The notes under the pieces were generated by a model. It saw nothing but the letters and a program-made list of their open reading frames with translations. It was not told the origin of the DNA and did not search any database. A DNA stretch of 64,000 nt from Alphaproteobacteria bacterium (GTDB lineage Bacteria; Pseudomonadota; Alphaproteobacteria; GCA-2746255). Location of the stretch: the NCBI GenBank assembly GCA_965249135.1, contig OZ252220.1:640001-704000 (forward strand), in the 5' to 3' direction. The stretch's first letter is position 1. Each line of letters begins with the position of its first letter. This document shows, piece after piece, positions 52,443-61,407 of the stretch. The position numbers were made by a program, and so were the translations under genes.

Positions 52443-53762
52443 CTAGCCATACAAGCCCGCCCTCGTCGGCGGCAGACCGGAAGGGCCCTTGGATTTCTGC
52501 TTGGTGGCAAGCGTTTGATAAATCCTGAGCGCGCCGTCGTCGAACGCAAACGACGCGCCTGCAAGGTAGGCCATCCACATACGGTACTTCTCCAGTCCGA
52601 TTTGTGCGATTGCCTTGTCCTTGTTGGCGACCAGCCGCTGATGCCACAGCCGACAGGTCAGCGCGTAATGCTCGCGCCAGCACTCCACGTCGCGAACTTC
52701 GAAACCGCGCGCCTCCATGACCTCGAGCGAATGGCCGATATGGTCGAGCTCCGAGCCTGGGAAGATGTACTTCAGCAAAAGCCGCTTTTCCGGCACCATC
52801 CTTCGAAATTTGCGGCGGCTTCGCTTGACCCGCCGGGTGATGCCATGATTCAAGAGGAGACCCCGGTCACGCAGCAAGCTGTTCAGCTTGCCGAAATAGG
52901 TCGGGTAGTTGGCGATGCCGACATGCTCGTACATGCCGATCGAGGCGATTTTGTCGTATTCGCCGTCGAGGCTCTCGTAATTGCGTAACTCCACCCTCAC
53001 CTGGTCTTCCAGGCCGAGCCGGCGCACCTTCTCCACCGCGTAGTCGTGCTGGGTCTGCGAAAGCGTAACACCGTGGGCCTTGACGCCGTACCTCTTCGCC
53101 GCGTGGCACAACAGCCCGCCCCAGCCGCAGCCGATGTCGAGGAACCGCTCGCCCGGTTGCAGGCGCAGTTTCTTGCAGATCATTTCTAGCTTGTCGTGCT
53201 GAGCCTGCTCCAGCGGGTTGTCCCAGTCCGTGAAATAGGCGCAGGAATATTGCATCTCCGCATCCAGGAAGAGGGCGTAGAAGTCGTTGCCGATGTCATA
53301 GTGGAACTGAATGAATTTCTTATCGTCGCGACGGGTTTGTTGACGGCCGGTCGCGTCGTCGGTGTATGCGTGGGCCAGCTGGACTTTGTCCTCGAATGCA
53401 AATAACAGGGGCAGCGCGTGCTTCAGCAGGAAGCCCTTGCGCAGGTGCCGCGCCTTGATCTTGACCTTCTTCTGGCGCGCAAGCCCGATGAAGGTGAGCA
53501 GGTCGCCGCCTTCGAAATCGATGTGTCCGGCGGCGTAGTGACGCACCAAGGTCTCCAACGTCGGCCGGCGGAGGATCGAACCCAGCACGCCCGGTCCGCT
53601 GATCGTGATGCAGTGGGCCGGATCCGCATGTCGGCCCAAAGGCACGATGGAACCGTCCCACAAGCGTACGCAAAAGCGAGTATCGAGCCGTTCGGCCAGA
53701 TGCTCGAAAATATTCCGGGCCGCGTTCAATCGCTTGTGGTCGAAGATCGTTGCCCCACCCAT
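52443..53762 (-). CDS. cfa: Cyclopropane-fatty-acyl-phospholipid synthase family methyltransferase
   Basis: HYDIGNDFY, MQYSCAYF, LDIGCGWG, SIGMYEHVG and HYALT motifs. Confidence 0.9.
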   Translation of the reverse strand: MGGATIFDHKRLNAARNIFEHLAERLDTRFCVRLWDGSIVPLGRHADPAHCITISGPGVLGSILRRPTLETLVRHYAAGHIDFEGGDLLTFIGLARQKKVKIKARHLRKGFLLKHALPLLFAFEDKVQLAHAYTDDATGRQQTRRDDKKFIQFHYDIGNDFYALFLDAEMQYSCAYFTDWDNPLEQAQHDKLEMICKKLRLQPGERFLDIGCGWGGLLCHAAKRYGVKAHGVTLSQTQHDYAVEKVRRLGLEDQVRVELRNYESLDGEYDKIASIGMYEHVGIANYPTYFGKLNSLLRDRGLLLNHGITRRVKRSRRKFRRMVPEKRLLLKYIFPGSELDHIGHSLEVMEARGFEVRDVECWREHYALTCRLWHQRLVANKDKAIAQIGLEKYRMWMAYLAGASFAFDDGALRIYQTLATKQKSKGPSGLPPTRAGLYG

Positions 53763-53776
53763 GTTTGCGAGAGTCC

Positions 53777-54000
53777 CCTCGCCCGAAAATCGCGCATAGA
53801 AGAAGACTAGTTAGCGGACCACGCAGTCTTAAGCGAACCCGTCTCCGCCGATTTCCCTGTTTAACAGGGAAAATACAGGGAATTTTCGAAGAATCAGCCT
53901 GTAATCGACGGGATCTTTCCCTCTAATGGACCGATATCACTTGGCCATTTAGCCAAATTTCCTACGCGACGGAACGGGGAAATTTTTCGACCGAACAGGG
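53777..54000 (+). repeat. 224-bp non-coding direct repeat, copy 1
   Basis: Ungapped match to 55488-55711 with about 15 mismatches by manual count. Confidence 0.95.
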
Positions 54001-54025
54001 AATGCATGACGCCGGACACTGGGTG

Positions 54026-55138
54026 CTAAGCCTTCTTGATCAGGCCGTAAGATCCCAAGTAGATGACGTAGATCAACGTTACATAAATCATCAGGTCCAT
54101 CCAGGTCAGAGGATCTCCGCCGAAACCGGGGCTGATCTCGGCTTCATGGAGCACGTCGATGGCAAACCAACGTGTGTAGGCGATGAAGGTCGCGATTCCT
54201 AGACCGTAGGTGATGACGAGTCGGATCACTCTGTTGGCAAGGGGGCCGAGACCGGTCGGTGGGTTGCCCACCACGTTTGGCCAAGCGATCAGCCAAAAGG
54301 CTATGCAGACCCCGAGTTGCGCCGGCCAGAGGTTGATCGCGGCCGCCAGAGTAACTTGGGCCTCCTCCGGCATAAGCAACCCCTTGAGGAGGGCAAGGAA
54401 GACGAAGTAAATCCCTGTGCCGACGATGAAGTTTCCCACGAGGGCTGCGATGGCCGTCTTGGCGCGTGAGCCGAACGCGTTCCAGGGCCAGTTCTCGAAG
54501 ATGAGGAAGATCGTGAGCCAGGACAGGATCACCGAGTAAAACCAGCCGATCACCGTCGTCAGAGGCAGGACCGTATTCTCAGGAGCAGTCCAACTGGCGA
54601 CACTGGGGTAGATGAGGATGATGTACAAGAAAAACGTGAGGAAGAAACCGAAGAAGAACTCCGCAATACCCACCCAGGGCTGCTTCAGTCCCAAGTCGAC
54701 CCACGGCCAGTGTCCCGCACTGGTACCCAGGATGCCCCAAGTGTAGAACCCGATGAGCACAATCATGGTGGTGGCGGTGTAGCCCGCCTTGCTGATGTCG
54801 AAGGCGGGGTCGAGCGACCCGTAGCCGTGAAGCAGCACGACGGCCGTAATCACGGCGAGCACCGTGGTTAGCGCAATCCAAAGCAAGCCCCGCGCGGGCT
54901 GTGGCAGGTGGCCAAGTCCCCACAACTCGCCCATGAAGCCAAAGAAAACCACGAATAGGATCGACCAGAAGAGCATCACATTGAACGGTTGCGGATAGAG
55001 TTTCCACACCGCCTGGCTGGGATCCGCGAAGAGCTCCCAGATGAGGTAGCTGCCCGCCAAGATGACCAAGAGACTGATCAGTGAGAACGCTATCGGGCCA
55101 AGCTGCAACCCAAAGGGTTTTTTCTCTATTGTTTCCAT
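54026..55138 (-). CDS. Polytopic membrane protein, possible amine/amino-acid transporter
   Basis: About ten hydrophobic segments with repeated (H/N)WPW motifs; family assignment uncertain. Confidence 0.7.
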   Translation of the reverse strand: METIEKKPFGLQLGPIAFSLISLLVILAGSYLIWELFADPSQAVWKLYPQPFNVMLFWSILFVVFFGFMGELWGLGHLPQPARGLLWIALTTVLAVITAVVLLHGYGSLDPAFDISKAGYTATTMIVLIGFYTWGILGTSAGHWPWVDLGLKQPWVGIAEFFFGFFLTFFLYIILIYPSVASWTAPENTVLPLTTVIGWFYSVILSWLTIFLIFENWPWNAFGSRAKTAIAALVGNFIVGTGIYFVFLALLKGLLMPEEAQVTLAAAINLWPAQLGVCIAFWLIAWPNVVGNPPTGLGPLANRVIRLVITYGLGIATFIAYTRWFAIDVLHEAEISPGFGGDPLTWMDLMIYVTLIYVIYLGSYGLIKKA

Positions 55139-55159
55139 GACGGGTCTTCCCTCGTGTTC

Positions 55160-55417
55160 CTAAAGTTGAACTTTAGACGAACGCAGCTCCAGTATCCATA
55201 CCATGACAGCACTGTACCGTCTCGTGGCAAATGTCGATGCCGCGCGCTCATGGAGCAGATCCTCGACTTGTCGCAATGACAGCGGAAGGCGGACATACAT
55301 CATCACCGACAGGCGTATAACCTCGGGCGAGCTGTTGAAATAACGGAAGGGATTTTGCATCTCCTGACGCTACGCGACGTCTCCATCCGCCTCAAGCCCA
55401 TTTACTCTGACAATGCC
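55160..55417 (-). mobile_element. IS6-family remnant (left end plus truncated transposase)
   Basis: End GGCATTGTCAGAGTAAA at 55417; PFRYFNSSPEVIRL..LSLRQVEDLLHER, then frameshift and truncation. Confidence 0.85.
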
Positions 55418-55487
55418 CCCGGTCCGGCTTGTGACGTTGCCTTGCGCGAAGGCCCGCAGAACGCCGCGAACAAGGCCAATACTCGGG

Positions 55488-55711
55488 CCTCGCCCGAAAA
55501 TCGCGCATAGAAGAAGACTCGTTGGCGGCGCGCATAGTCTGATGCGAACCCGTCTCCGCCGATTTCCCTGTTTAACAGGGAAAATACAGGGAATTTTCGA
55601 AGAATCAGCCTGTAATCGACGGGATCTTTCCCTCTAATGGACCGATATCACTTGGCCATTTAGCCAAATTCCCCGCGCGACGGAACAAGGAAATTTTTCG
55701 GCCGAACAGGG
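55488..55711 (+). repeat. 224-bp non-coding direct repeat, copy 2
   Basis: Matches 53777-54000 at an offset of 1,711 bp. Confidence 0.95.
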
Positions 55712-55883
55712 TTAGAGAAGTGTCTCAACGTAATAAACATAATGGGTTCATCCGGGACGGGAAATGCCATGTTCAACCCATGGTTAGTTAATGTGACAAT
55801 GCTCCAAGCGGATATAATTTTCGGTAGGCACAATCGCGCGGCCACCCGTGACGAACCTGGAGGCGCGCCATCGATCATGAAGC

Positions 55884-56510
55884 ATGATATACCCGGATTT
55901 ATGGCAGACACTCCCGGAGCATCCGTTCGGGCCCGAGATGTCTACCCACGCGTGTCTCCTAACGAGAGGCGCGGGCGATGTCCTTTTTTATAGCTCCGGG
56001 CATTCGGACGAACACCAACACATTCTCCGGCTCGGAGGGATTGACCGCCAGTATTTGAGCCATCGGGACGAAGCCGGAGACGCCCTGGTTCGCATCAAAG
56101 AGACGTTTGGATCGAAGCTCTGTTGTCACAAGCTGGAGGAAGAAGCAATTCGTGCCGCGTGTCCCGTGGACCTGACGTTCGAGAACCGGGAGTTTCATCT
56201 TGGTGACATCGAGGTCATACCGACGCCTGGTCATACGGAAGGAAGCGCATGCTTCATGTACAAGTCACCACATGGGCACACGTACCTCTTTACGGGCGAC
56301 ACCATCTTTCTGAAGGACGACTCTTGGGGAACCTATGTGTCGGACGAGCACAAGCGCACATTAAAGGAAAGCCTCGAGTTGCTGGGCAGCCTGAAGCCAA
56401 GCGTGGTTATTTCCAGCGCGGCGATTGGCCATCTCTCGTTCAAAGAAGTATTACCCGGTGAATGGCCAGTAATCGTAGAGGGTGCCATTCGTTCGCTGGC
56501 GTTAAGGTGA
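55884..56510 (+). CDS. MBL-fold metallo-hydrolase
   Basis: LSHRDE, TPGHTEGS and LFTGD motifs. Confidence 0.82.
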   Translation: MIYPDLWQTLPEHPFGPEMSTHACLLTRGAGDVLFYSSGHSDEHQHILRLGGIDRQYLSHRDEAGDALVRIKETFGSKLCCHKLEEEAIRAACPVDLTFENREFHLGDIEVIPTPGHTEGSACFMYKSPHGHTYLFTGDTIFLKDDSWGTYVSDEHKRTLKESLELLGSLKPSVVISSAAIGHLSFKEVLPGEWPVIVEGAIRSLALR

Positions 56511-56682
56511 TAGCGAATTGCACCCGAATCAGACCCTCGTCAGCCCCTACGAAATCTGCCACCTTTAGTGCGTGGGCGGGTGAGCGTCTCTGCGTGACGT
56601 GTAAATCTCACGCCGTTTGGCGTAGGGGCTTCTCCCAAAGGCCGCAGCCTAAACACACGAAAACGGAAAGTGGAGGATTCGA

Positions 56683-56892
56683 ATGAGTGATAATGTGTAC
56701 AAGGTGATCCGTCTCGTCGGTTCCTCTTCGTCGAGCATCGAAGAGGCCATTCATAACGCAATCAGGAAGTCCTCGAAGACCCTGAAAAACTTGCGTTGGT
56801 TTGAGGTCGTCGAGACCCGCGGGCATATCGAGGGCGGCAAGGTTGACCATTTCCAGGTAACACTGGAGGTAGGATTCACGCTGGAGAATTAA
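56683..56892 (+). CDS. Dodecin family protein
   Basis: [39 protein letters not shown]. Confidence 0.93.
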   Translation: MSDNVYKVIRLVGSSSSSIEEAIHNAIRKSSKTLKNLRWFEVVETRGHIEGGKVDHFQVTLEVGFTLEN

Positions 56893-57053
56893 GTCGCGCA
56901 AGCCGCACCTTTATTCGCTTGATTGACTTTCGTATCTGGGTGCGTACCGGATATGCGGCCGTGGCCTGCCTCCATTAAGCGATCCACTCTCTAAATTAGA
57001 GATTAGCGCGGTTTAAATTGCGGCCGAAAGTTCGGGTACCATTGCAGCACGCG

Positions 57054-57395
57054 TTAGGCCTTTTTCGTAGCAATCTCATTCACCTTGGCCGCCATGATAA
57101 AATCGTTTTCATGCAGCCCCTTGATTTTCTTTGTCTGCCAAGAGACGGCCGCAAAGCCCCAGCCGAATGAAATGTCCGGGTGGTGGCCTTCTGCCTCCGA
57201 AAGGGCCCCGACCGCGTCCACGAAATCGAGTGCTTCCTTGAAGTTTCTGAAGGTGAAGCGTTTTTCGATTCGCGCGTCTTCGTCGCATAGCGCCCAGCCT
57301 GGGGTCTGGGCGAGGTACTTTTCCGTCTCTTCCGGCTTCAGAGGCGGAATTCCTCCTTGGCAGGGGGTGCAGGTTTTCGCCGTCAAATCCGTCAT
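57054..57395 (-). CDS. Pterin-4-alpha-carbinolamine dehydratase
   Basis: CTPCQGG, EAEGHHPDI and GLHENDFIMAAK motifs. Confidence 0.9.
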   Translation of the reverse strand: MTDLTAKTCTPCQGGIPPLKPEETEKYLAQTPGWALCDEDARIEKRFTFRNFKEALDFVDAVGALSEAEGHHPDISFGWGFAAVSWQTKKIKGLHENDFIMAAKVNEIATKKA

Positions 57396-57454
57396 GCTTT
57401 CTCCATTGCTTCCATAGGTAACACGGCTCACTTCAAAGACGAGACTCGCGCAGC

Positions 57455-57688
57455 TTAGTAGGACTTGGCGGGGAACGGAATATCGAACTCCTCCAGCGTG
57501 GCTCCCGCCTTTAGGCTCACTTCGTACTGCCGAACTTTACCCTCTTTGATATGGCCGTGTATCCTGATGACATCGAACCAGTGCAAGTTTTTCATTGTCG
57601 ACTTGCCGATCGCGCTTTGAATCGCTTCCTCGATACTGGACGAAGATGAACCATCAGGCTCGGTAACTTTGTACAGTTTGTCAGTCAT
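57455..57688 (-). CDS. Second, divergent dodecin-like protein
   Basis: [36 protein letters not shown]. Confidence 0.75.
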   Translation of the reverse strand: MTDKLYKVTEPDGSSSSSIEEAIQSAIGKSTMKNLHWFDVIRIHGHIKEGKVRQYEVSLKAGATLEEFDIPFPAKSY

Positions 57689-57701
57689 TCGAATCCTCTC
57701 G

Positions 57702-58574
57702 TTAAAACGATGCCTGGTCCGGCAGGCGGTCGATTTCGGCAACGTCGTCGGGCTCGAGCCGTACGTGAAGAGCCTGTGCCGAATCGCGCACGCTCGACAC
57801 CCTGCTCGCCCCCGGGATCGGAAAGATGTGATCCCCTTTCTGCAGAAGCCACGCCAGGGCGACGCAATAGGGCGATGCACCATATTTCTTGAAGAGACGC
57901 CGGAAGAGCGGGTGCTTCGGCAATCGCATGTGGCCCCTATGACCCCCCACAGGACTGTAAGGAACGTAGGCGACGCCCCTCTCTCGGCACAGGCCAATGA
58001 GGCCGTTGTCGAGATCTCTTTTGAAGAACGGATTGCAGCGATTCTGAACGGACGCGACGGCCGTTCGGCCAAGCGCGAATTCAAGTTCTGCCCGATCGAC
58101 GTTAGACAACCCGATGTTGAGGATCTTTCCTTCCTCCTTGAGCCGGATCAATTCCCCAAGCGAATCATCAAAGAGCACGTCCGAGTCCACCGCATGGAGG
58201 TGATAGAGGGAAATCGCCTCGCGCTGCAGATCCTTGAGGCTCTTCTCGCACGAGGATCGCAGCCATTTCGGGTTCCCATCCGTTACCCATTCCCCTTTTG
58301 GCCGCCGCAAGCCCCCCTTGGTGGCGACCAGCACGGCCTCGCGCGCGCCGATCCGCGTGAGCGCTTTGTGGATAAGGCGCTCGTTGTGGCCGATGTCCGA
58401 ATCGTTCAGACAGTAGACATTGGCGGTGTCAATGAAATTGCCGCCATCTTCGACGAACGTATCGATGACCTCGAAGGCCTGGGATTCATCGGGCCGCCCC
58501 GCGATGGAAAGCGGCATGGCGCCCAAGCCGATCGGCTTTACCTGCCATCCCGTCCCGTTCAGGTCCCGGTTCAT
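57702..58574 (-). CDS. Aldo/keto reductase
   Basis: IGLGAM, IDTANVY, VATKGG, IGLSN, PYSP and PIPG motifs. Confidence 0.92.
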   Translation of the reverse strand: MNRDLNGTGWQVKPIGLGAMPLSIAGRPDESQAFEVIDTFVEDGGNFIDTANVYCLNDSDIGHNERLIHKALTRIGAREAVLVATKGGLRRPKGEWVTDGNPKWLRSSCEKSLKDLQREAISLYHLHAVDSDVLFDDSLGELIRLKEEGKILNIGLSNVDRAELEFALGRTAVASVQNRCNPFFKRDLDNGLIGLCRERGVAYVPYSPVGGHRGHMRLPKHPLFRRLFKKYGASPYCVALAWLLQKGDHIFPIPGASRVSSVRDSAQALHVRLEPDDVAEIDRLPDQASF

Positions 58575-59080
58575 TTGTCTTCTTCCCCAAGCCACCTTCC
58601 GGCGACCTTCGGATCGCCGCGCCCGAGTTTGTCGGGAAGGACCTTACCCTTCGGCACAAAGGCTGTGGCAACCGAGTTCAGGCAGTAGCGTGCCCCGGTC
58701 GGTGGCGGGCCGTCAGGGAAGACGTGGCCCAAATGGCCGTCGCATCGAGCGCAGCGGATCTCGATCCGTTCCATCCCCATTGACGGGTCGCGGCATTCGG
58801 TAACATGGCGATGATCGTAGGCCTCGAAGAAGCTCGGCCAGCCGGTGGCAGAATCGAATTTCGCATTCGCCTTAAACAGCGGCAGGCCACAGAGCCGGCA
58901 GACATAGGTGCCGTCCTGCTTGTTGTCGAGCAGGCTGCCGCAGAAGGCCCGTTCCGTCCCGCGGTCAAGCAGGACGCGCCTTTCCTCCTCATCGAGGTCG
59001 GCGATGAGCTTTTGCATCTCCTCGGCATCTGGCGGGCGGAGGTCGAACGCCTTCTCGGAACAAGCTGTGTTCACGGTCAT
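58571..59080 (-). CDS. msrB: Peptide-methionine (R)-S-oxide reductase
   Basis: GTERAF, CRLC, GWPSF, CARCDGHLGHVFPDGP and RYCLNS motifs. Confidence 0.95.
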   Translation of the reverse strand: MTVNTACSEKAFDLRPPDAEEMQKLIADLDEEERRVLLDRGTERAFCGSLLDNKQDGTYVCRLCGLPLFKANAKFDSATGWPSFFEAYDHRHVTECRDPSMGMERIEIRCARCDGHLGHVFPDGPPPTGARYCLNSVATAFVPKGKVLPDKLGRGDPKVAGRWLGEEDK

Positions 59081-59205
59081 AATTTACCCGGCTTCAACTC
59101 TGCCCAATCCTAAGCTCAATCGGAGCAGAAGGCGTCATCTCATCCTCGACCAGGTGACCCCTGATAAGCTTTCGCGCGACGTTCTCGGGAATCAAGCCTT
59201 CCTCC

Positions 59206-59454
59206 TCATTTTCTTAGGTCGTCAATGAAGAGACTGTCCGGCGGATCGGTTTCAAGCGGACCAAGCCGGGGATCGTAGCGGAACAAGGTCGCGCAATAGG
59301 GACAGAGGATCGTGTCCGCCGCGCCCATATCAAGATAGATATGGGGGTGGTCCAGGGGCGCTGAAGTGCCGGTGCACTTGAACTCTTTGACGCCGATTTG
59401 GATCTCCGGGACGCCCCGGTCGTTCTTGAACTTGGCATAATCGTCATGCGCCAT
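59206..59454 (-). CDS. Zinc-finger (zf-CHCC-type) small protein
   Basis: FKCTG..DHPHIYLDMG..CPYC pattern. Confidence 0.85.
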   Translation of the reverse strand: MAHDDYAKFKNDRGVPEIQIGVKEFKCTGTSAPLDHPHIYLDMGAADTILCPYCATLFRYDPRLGPLETDPPDSLFIDDLRK

Positions 59455-59575
59455 CGCATCTGGCCAACTCGTTCTCGATGATCCCGATGTCGATCAAATA
59501 GCAATCTCACCAGATTGATACTATGGGAGAAATTTTGGCCGACATCGAATTTCGCAGTAGGTCTATTGGATTAGC

Positions 59576-59890
59576 CTAGGCCTTCCTGATCTGGATGTCG
59601 CCGCCCTCCAGGCGGACCTCGTAGGTGAAGACGGGATCGTTGGTGACACAGCCCTCCTCGGCCTCGCCGGTCCTGACGTTGAACCGCGTAAAGTGCCAGG
59701 GGCAGGTGACGATATCGCCTTCGAGCTCACCATCCGCCAACGGGCCGTCGGCGTGCGGACAGGTGTTGTTGAAGGCAAAGTATTCGCCGTCGACGTTGGC
59801 GATGACTATTTCTTCACCGTCTAGATCGACCAGTTTCATGTCTCCGGGTGCTAGGTCAGTCGTATTCGTGACGGTTCGGAACTCAGGCAC
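59576..59890 (-). CDS. Rieske-type ferredoxin
   Basis: CPH..CPWH motifs; GTG start after AGGAGGGG. Confidence 0.9.
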   Translation of the reverse strand: MPEFRTVTNTTDLAPGDMKLVDLDGEEIVIANVDGEYFAFNNTCPHADGPLADGELEGDIVTCPWHFTRFNVRTGEAEEGCVTNDPVFTYEVRLEGGDIQIRKA

Positions 59891-60088
59891 TGCATCCCCT
59901 CCTGTCGACGGTTGGATGAGGCGTTTGCACATTATCAAGTGGGAACCTGGCATTGGGGATTCAATGCTAACCTGGCGCGAGCGGCGCGCGAGGCGGTCGG
60001 CAGTTATCGTCGGTCCAGGGTCGTTAATATGACAATGCCGGAGCGTGTATAAACCCGCACCCTATCCGGTCTATCACGCTCCAAAGTG

Positions 60089-60949
60089 CTAGTTTCCGCG
60101 ACGATTGAGCTGAATGCGCTTATAGGCGCCTTCGATGTTAAGCGGTGACCATGTCTCAAACCGATCCCAGGACTTGTACTTGGAAAGGTCTACTGCGGCC
60201 TTGGTTTCTTCGAGACTCTTTCCCATACGGGCCTGCTCAAGCACCTGATTGTAGAGATCGCTCATATACTCCCGGAAGGCCGTAACGTCGGCTTTCGTGC
60301 CCAGTCGCCCATGGCCCGGTGCAAGGATATCGAAATCCATGATCTCTACACGCGTCAGGGACCGAATCCACTCCGACAGATAAGCATCCGAGAAATCCTT
60401 ATACGCAACGGTTTTCACCGGAATGAAATCGACGGCGAAGAGTGTCCGCTCGGCGGGGAATCGTATGACGATCATGTTGTCGGAATGGTTCTTGCCGAGA
60501 TAGCGCAGCTCGACTGCTTTGCCGCCAAGCTCGATCGTCATCTTCTTTTTGAATGTGATCCGCGGCACAGCAGTCGGTCGCTTTTCGCCGATTATTGCGC
60601 GCTTTGCTTTTTCATGGGCGATAACGATAGCGCCGGCTTTTGCGAAAACTTCACCGCCCGAAATGTGATCTGCATGATCGTGGCTGTAGACCACATATCG
60701 AATCGGTTTTCCGAAACGGCTGGCGATCTCGGATTTAAGCCATTGGGCGGCATCGGCGTTAATCGGATCGGTGACGATGACGCCGTCGGGCGTCACCAGA
60801 AACACTGAATAGTGGAAGTTGTTTTGGAACCGGTAAAGGTCGCCGGCAATCTGGGTGATTGTCCGTTTGGGTGGGCTTTGAGCATACACCGCGACAGCGC
60901 CTGCGAACAATACCACCACCGCCAGAAATGCCTTCATGACACTGAACAT
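60089..60949 (-). CDS. Secreted MBL-fold metallo-hydrolase
   Basis: Signal peptide; SHDHADH, NHS and PGHG motifs. Confidence 0.88.
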   Translation of the reverse strand: MFSVMKAFLAVVVLFAGAVAVYAQSPPKRTITQIAGDLYRFQNNFHYSVFLVTPDGVIVTDPINADAAQWLKSEIASRFGKPIRYVVYSHDHADHISGGEVFAKAGAIVIAHEKAKRAIIGEKRPTAVPRITFKKKMTIELGGKAVELRYLGKNHSDNMIVIRFPAERTLFAVDFIPVKTVAYKDFSDAYLSEWIRSLTRVEIMDFDILAPGHGRLGTKADVTAFREYMSDLYNQVLEQARMGKSLEETKAAVDLSKYKSWDRFETWSPLNIEGAYKRIQLNRRGN

Positions 60950-60989
60950 GACTTGCCCTCCAATTGCCGGCCAACCAGGCATTGTCACA

Positions 60990-61163
60990 TCAACGAGCCA
61001 TCGGAATGCCGACCGCTTCTTCGGCCGAGTAGCCAAACAGTTGCTCGGCACGCTTGTTGAACATCGTGATGCACTGATCTTCACCGATCGAGATGATGGC
61101 CTCTCCGACCTGGTCCAGGACGGCGGCAAGCAGCGCGCGCGACGGCCCCGGGATGGATTTCAT
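60990..61163 (-). pseudogene. Truncated PAS-domain fragment
   Basis: EAIISI..ITMFNKRAEQLFGYSAEEAVG and then a stop. Confidence 0.6.
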
Positions 61164-61407
61164 CCTGTCGGTCTCTCGAACCATTTCAGCCGGGATTTCG
61201 CATATGGTGCCTCCCGATCGCCGGAAATGGTGCCACGAACAGTGGTCGAAGGCGAATCCGGCCCGATCCCAAGCGTTGTATGGCGTTCTCCGTTCTCGGT
61301 CGAACGATGTTGACCTCGGCACCCTGGTCCTTTCCCCTAGAGGGCTTGGAATGGCCCGGCCCTCTGCCAGCCGCAAGCCCCTGTTTAAAGTACAGGAACG
61401 ATCCGCG

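Noticed and set aside
53812-53846. Repeat core as a real tRNA gene
   Set aside because: Only a T-loop/CCA-end resemblance; no cloverleaf or anticodon arm
55413-55637. 74-aa ORF containing FPCLTGKIQGIF
   Set aside because: Translation of the non-coding repeat; copy 1 has a stop codon in the equivalent frame
59991-60022. GGCGG-TCG-GCAGTT as another core site (also GGCGG-ACGGC-AAGTC at 63101)
   Set aside because: Wrong spacing and no downstream CGAACCCGTC
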